Source: Chiloscyllium plagiosum (lineage: Eukaryota). Taken from it: DNA of 64,000 nt. Shown one piece after another: positions 61,680 to 64,000 of this stretch. Position numbers and translations under genes: made by a program. Every line of letters begins with the position of its first letter. The first letter of the stretch is position 1. Where the stretch lies: assembly GCF_004010195.1 (NCBI RefSeq), contig NC_057718.1:39798579-39862578 (forward strand). Reading direction: 5' to 3'. The notes beneath the pieces are model-generated. The model saw only the letters and a list, made by a program, of their open reading frames with translations, was not told the DNA's origin and ran no database searches.

Positions 61680-63440
61680 AACATAAGAGCAAGTGAATTA
61701 GGATAAGGCCATTGAGTCTGCTCCACAATGGAGTAAGATCATGACTGTTCATATTGTGGCCTTAACTCCACCTTCTTGCTAACATGACACCTTTTTGTTC
61801 TGATTGGCTAAAATCAAGAAATATCAGGAAAAGACTTCTAACTTTAAAAATATTCAATAACCCTGTCGCCAAGTCTCCCTGATGAAATGAATACCAAAAC
61901 TTCATAACTTTCTGAAAGAAAACAATCTTCTCATCTCAGTCTGATATGAGACCCCTCTTATTTTCAACTGTTTTCCGTAGTTCCAGTTACTACCATAAGG
62001 GGAACCATCCTTGGAGCATCGACCCTGTCAGATCCTCTCAAAAACATGCATTTCTAAAAGATCACCCCTCATTCGTCTAAACTCCAAAACAGGCCCAACT
62101 TGTCCAAACTACCCTCACAAGATAACACCCTCCTTTGGGAATCAGTCAAGTGAACCTTCTCTGAACAGCTTGTAATGTAATTTTACTCTTTCTTAAGGAA
62201 GGAGTCAAAAATGTTTCACAGTAATTCAAATGTGTTCTCACCAATGCTCTATACAACTGTAGCAAAATGTCCCTACATCTGCTCAATTCCTTTTGCAATA
62301 AACTACATCATCGCATTTGCTTTCCTAATCACTTGCTATATCTATAAAGCAAAATTTTGATTTCTGTAGCAGGGCTAACATTCTCTCTAGGTTGTCCCCC
62401 ACCACACCCTAATCAAAGGGCCTGTGCCTGTGCCCGTGCCCCCAACCCTGCCATTTGTGTGTCCCCAGCATTGACTTCTGGTTTCAGAAACTGCTGCCAA
62501 CACATGGACCTCAGGAGTCTGTACAGAAGAAAACTGACTTAGAGGAAACATTAACCATGATACCCAAGTCTGTCTGTACATTCCAGGTTCTGCAATTTCA
62601 CTTCATGCAAATCTTATGCTCGTTTTTATTATTTTTACTCAATTGGACAATTTCAGATTTTCCCATATTATACTCCAGCTGCCAAATTTTGCCAACTCGC
62701 TGAACTATCTAAATCCTTTTGCAAACTCCTTCTGTCCTCTTCCTGCAAACTTAGTAACCATACATTTGGTCCCATCATTCAAGTCTTTCAGAGATCGTAA
62801 ATGGCTGAGACCCCAGAAGCACTCTCTGAGGCACTCCACTCGTCACATTTTGCCAACCCAAAATTGACCCATTTATGTTTACTGTTTACTGTTAACTGCC
62901 CAATACTTTACCCACTTAATATGTTACACCAAATGCAGAGAGCTCTTATTTGGTGATGTAATCTTTCATGTGGCACCTTGTCAAATGCAATCTGGAAATT
63001 TAAGTAAAGTATGCCAAAAAGTTCCCCTTTAACGAAGCTACTTGCTACTTCCTTAAATAAATTAGTCAAATATAATTTCCTCTTCACAACGCCATTCTGA
63101 TTGTGCCAAACCGCATTGAAATTTTAAAAACACCCCACTATAACCTTTTTACTCATGCATTCTAGCATTTTCTCTTTAACAAATATTAAGCTAAATGGCC
63201 CATAGCTTTCAGCTTTCTGACTCCACAGTTGCTTGGAAGAAGAGTTACACTGGCTAGTTTTCAATCTGATGATACCTTGCCAGATATCTAAGGTTTCTTT
63301 TGGAAAATTAAAATCAATTTACCCACAACATCAGAAGCCACACCTGTTAGTATCAGAGATGAAGGCATTCAGGAGCTGGGGACTCATCAGCTAACAGTTG
63401 CAATAATCTTCTCATTACCTTTCCTGAAGGAATGTGATTA
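61680..63440 (-). mobile_element. Very old CR1 fragment
   Basis: Collinear with 38697-39325 at the 3' end; RT remnants (tggcaccttgtcaaatgc..tctggaaat; aagctaaatggcccatag). Confidence 0.7.
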
Positions 63441-63479
63441 TTTTAAGTTCCTTCCTTGCTGTCACCTTTTAATGCACAC

Positions 63480-64000
63480 TAAGAAGCCCTAGGAAGACTG
63501 AGATCAATGGGAAATCGGGGGAAAATCTGCCACTGGTTCAAATCATACCGAGCACAAAAGGAAATTGGTTGTAGATTTTGGGGCCAATCACCTCAGCTCC
63601 AGCACACTGTTGCAAGAATTCCTCAGGATAGAATCTCAGGAGAAACCATCTACATTGTTTCAATGCTCTTCCCACATTAAGACCAGAAGTGAGGATGGTC
63701 ATTGGTGCTGGCACAGCACCATTTTCAACTGCTCAGATATTGAAGCAGTCCTTGACTGCATGCAAGACCTGGGCAGCATTGATGCTCAGGCTGATTTTTG
63801 ACAAGCTGTTTTCAGACCACACGTGTTTGAAACTGACTATTTTCATCAGGAGAGAGTCTCATCACCTCTCTTTGACATTAATTGTCAAATCCCATGCTAT
63901 CAACATCCTGGGGGTCAACACTAACCAGAAGCCTAACTGGACCAACAACACAATGACTGGTCACAGAAGCAGGTTAGGTGCTGGATATTCTGCAGTGAAT
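63480..64000 (+). mobile_element. Family-2 LINE RT fragment running off the window
   Basis: Homologous to 465-915 (gccctaggaagactgagatcaatggg; caacatcctgggggtca). Confidence 0.7.

Overview
Eukaryotic, AT-rich, repeat-dense vertebrate DNA, most likely an elasmobranch (shark). The evidence is two HE1-type tRNA/V-domain SINEs and many HER1-like CR1 LINE copies with short tandem-repeat 3' tails. No intact protein-coding gene is recognisable: nearly all long ORFs are decayed retrotransposon pieces (CR1 including one near-full-length copy, a second CR1/L2-group LINE, L2, an L1-clade ORF2, Penelope-like elements [PLEs] and probable solo LTRs). There are two N gaps. The window looks intronic or intergenic. 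A few well-formed minus-strand splice units (41687-41723, 11111-11184, a 13-nt microexon candidate at 7035-7047 and a possible last exon starting at 6947) suggest a host gene that I could not identify. The most interesting signal is RNA structure. At least four distinct PLE families here, and their very short non-coding derivatives, carry a minimal hammerhead ribozyme motif: CUGANGA, one extra nucleotide, a hairpin, GAA, then a loop-less palindromic helix III (ACGU or AGCU). Stems show compensatory changes between copies, and the insertions have 11-16 bp target-site duplications (TSDs). Family names are by-eye recognition without database searches, and boundaries of old repeats are approximate.
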